DNA of 8,137 nt from a virus (Duplodnaviria; Heunggongvirae; Uroviricota; Caudoviricetes): the IMG/VR virus record IMGVR_UViG_2690316233_000001, one strand, 5' to 3'. The notes below the pieces were generated by a model that did no database searches, was not told where the DNA came from, and saw nothing but the letters and a program-made list of their open reading frames with translations. This document shows, one piece after another, positions 6,965 through 8,137 of the stretch. Both the position numbers and the translations under genes were made by a program. The first letter of the stretch is position 1, and every line of letters starts with the position of its first letter.

Positions 6965-6984
6965 GGTCATTACTGGATCAATCC
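6908..6984 (-). ncRNA. oop: oop antisense RNA (overlaps the cII 3' end) with its terminator
   Basis: Minus strand reads ...GATTGATCCAGTAATGACCTCAGAATTCCATCTGGATTTGTTCAGAACGCTCGGTTGCCGCCGGGCGTTTTTT, nearly identical to lambda oop RNA as I recall it, including the GC-rich 3' hairpin and U-run. End coordinates are approximate (about +/-5 nt). Confidence 0.6.
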
Positions 6985-6996
6985 ACAGGAGTCATT

Positions 6997-7896
6997 ATGA
7001 CAAATACAGCAAAAATACTCAACTTCGGCAGAGGTAACTTTGCCGGACAGGAGCGTAATGTGGCAGATCTCGATGATGGTTACGCCAGACTATCAAATAT
7101 GCTGCTTGAGGCTTATTCGGGCGCAGATCTGACCAAGCGACAGTTTAAAGTGCTGCTTGCCATTCTGCGTAAAACCTATGGGTGGAATAAACCAATGGAC
7201 AGAATCACCGATTCTCAACTTAGCGAGATTACAAAGTTACCTGTCAAACGGTGCAATGAAGCCAAGTTAGAACTCGTCAGAATGAATATTATCAAGCAGC
7301 AAGGCGGCATGTTTGGACCAAACAAAAACATCTCAGAATGGTGTATCCCTCAAAACGAGGGAAAATCCCCTAAAACGAGGGATAAAACATCCCTCAAATT
7401 GGGGGATTGCTATCCCTCAAAACAGGGGAACACAAAAGACACTATTACAAAAGAAAAAAGAAAAGATTATTCGTCAGAGAATTCTGGCGAATCCTCTAAC
7501 CAACCAGAAAACGATCTTCCTGTGGAGAAACCAGATGCTGCAATTCAGCGCGGCAGCAAGTGGGGGACAGCAGAAGACCTGACCGCCGCAGAGTGGATGT
7601 TTGACATGGTGAAGACTATCGCACCATCAGCCAGAAAACCGAATTTTGCTGGGTGGGCTAACGATATCCGCCTGATGCGTGAACGTGACGGACGCAACCA
7701 TCGCGACATGTGTGTACTGTTCCGCTGGGCATGCCAGGACAACTTCTGGTCCGGTAACGTGCTTAGCCCGGCCAAACTCCGCGACAAGTGGACCCAGCTC
7801 GAAATCAACCGTAACAAGCAACAGGCAGTCGTGACAGCCAGCAAACCAAAACTGGACCTGACAAACACAGACTGGATTTACGGGGTGGATCTATGA
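6997..7896 (+). CDS. O: Replication initiator O (binds ori iterons)
   Basis: 299-aa ORF (MTNTAKILNFGRGNFAGQERNVADLDDGYARLSNMLLEAYSG...TDWIYGVDL) matches lambda O with a few substitutions; contains ori internally; stop overlaps the P start. Confidence 0.96.
   Translation: MTNTAKILNFGRGNFAGQERNVADLDDGYARLSNMLLEAYSGADLTKRQFKVLLAILRKTYGWNKPMDRITDSQLSEITKLPVKRCNEAKLELVRMNIIKQQGGMFGPNKNISEWCIPQNEGKSPKTRDKTSLKLGDCYPSKQGNTKDTITKEKRKDYSSENSGESSNQPENDLPVEKPDAAIQRGSKWGTAEDLTAAEWMFDMVKTIAPSARKPNFAGWANDIRLMRERDGRNHRDMCVLFRWACQDNFWSGNVLSPAKLRDKWTQLEINRNKQQAVVTASKPKLDLTNTDWIYGVDL
7344..7475. repeat. ori-lambda-type origin: four direct iterons (about 18-19 bp each, ATCCCTCAAAACGAGGGA-like) followed by an AT-rich region
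   Basis: Seen directly: TATCCCTCAAAACGAGGGAAA / AATCCCCTAAAACGAGGGATA / CATCCCTCAAATTGGGGGATT / TATCCCTCAAAACAGGGGAAC, then ACAAAAGACACTATTACAAAAGAAAAAAGAAAAGATTAT. Located in the middle of the O gene, as in lambda. Confidence 0.88.
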
Positions 7897-8137
7897 AAAA
7901 CATCGCCGCACAGATGGTTAACTTTGACCGTGAGCAGATGCGTCGGATCGCCAACAACATGCCGGAACAGTACGACGAAAAGCCGCAGGTACAGCAGGTT
8001 GCGCAGATCATCAACGGTGTGTTCAGCCAGTTACTGGCAACTTTCCCGGCGAGTCTGGCTAACCGTGACCAGAACGAACTGAACGAAATCCGCCGCCAGT
8101 GGGTTCTGGCTTTCCGGGAAAACGGGATCACCACAAT
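7893..8137 (+). CDS. P: Replication protein P (DnaB helicase loader), 5' part only; runs off the window
   Basis: ATG at 7893 overlaps the O stop. Translation MKNIAAQMVNFDREQMRRIANNMPEQYDEKPQVQQVAQIINGVFSQLLATFPASLANRDQNELNEIRRQWVLAFRENGITT matches the lambda P N-terminus. No stop in the window, so the feature is partial. Confidence 0.93.
   Translation, partial: MKNIAAQMVNFDREQMRRIANNMPEQYDEKPQVQQVAQIINGVFSQLLATFPASLANRDQNELNEIRRQWVLAFRENGITT

Noticed and set aside
7344-7430. The direct repeats as a possible CRISPR array
   Set aside because: There are only four repeats of about 19 bp with essentially no spacers, and they lie inside the O gene. This is the classical ori-lambda iteron arrangement, not CRISPR.
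6822-7868. ORFs 6822..7037 (+), 7313..7582 (+), 7545..7868 (-) and 7627..7821 (-)
   Set aside because: They overlap cII or O in alternative frames or on the opposite strand. The 7313..7582 translation is driven by the iteron and A-rich origin sequence.
7805-8134. Minus-strand 109-aa ORF at the right end
   Set aside because: Antisense to the P gene, whose plus-strand translation matches lambda P. Cys/Ser/Arg-rich composition is typical of an antisense read.

Overview
This window is the early-left / immunity / early-right region of a lambdoid (lambda-like) prophage or phage, and it is mosaic. Reading left to right: (1) a lambda-type Red recombination and pL-operon block on the minus strand (orf60a-like, exo, bet, gam, kil, cIII, ea10, ral, orf28), whose proteins match my recollection of phage lambda almost residue for residue; (2) an N-family antiterminator with a P22 gene-24-type arginine-rich N-terminus, with P22-type nutL boxA/boxB upstream; (3) the pL/OL region and a bidirectional hairpin terminator; (4) an uncharacterised two-gene module (258-aa and 180-aa products) sitting immediately downstream of the repressor gene on the same strand, the position that rexA/rexB occupy in lambda; (5) a non-lambda CI-type repressor (HTH plus S24/LexA-like autopeptidase), a divergent OR region, cro, nutR, a tR1-like terminator, and a cII with a novel N-terminal part and a lambda-identical C-terminus; (6) lambda-type oop antisense RNA, the O replication initiator with the four ori iterons, and the start of P. 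The two-gene module at 4144..5450 is the main candidate for a previously undescribed system, plausibly a lysogen-expressed phage-exclusion or abortive-infection module; I cannot assign it to any family from sequence alone. All identifications rest on my reading and translation of the sequence and on recalled reference sequences; no database search was run.
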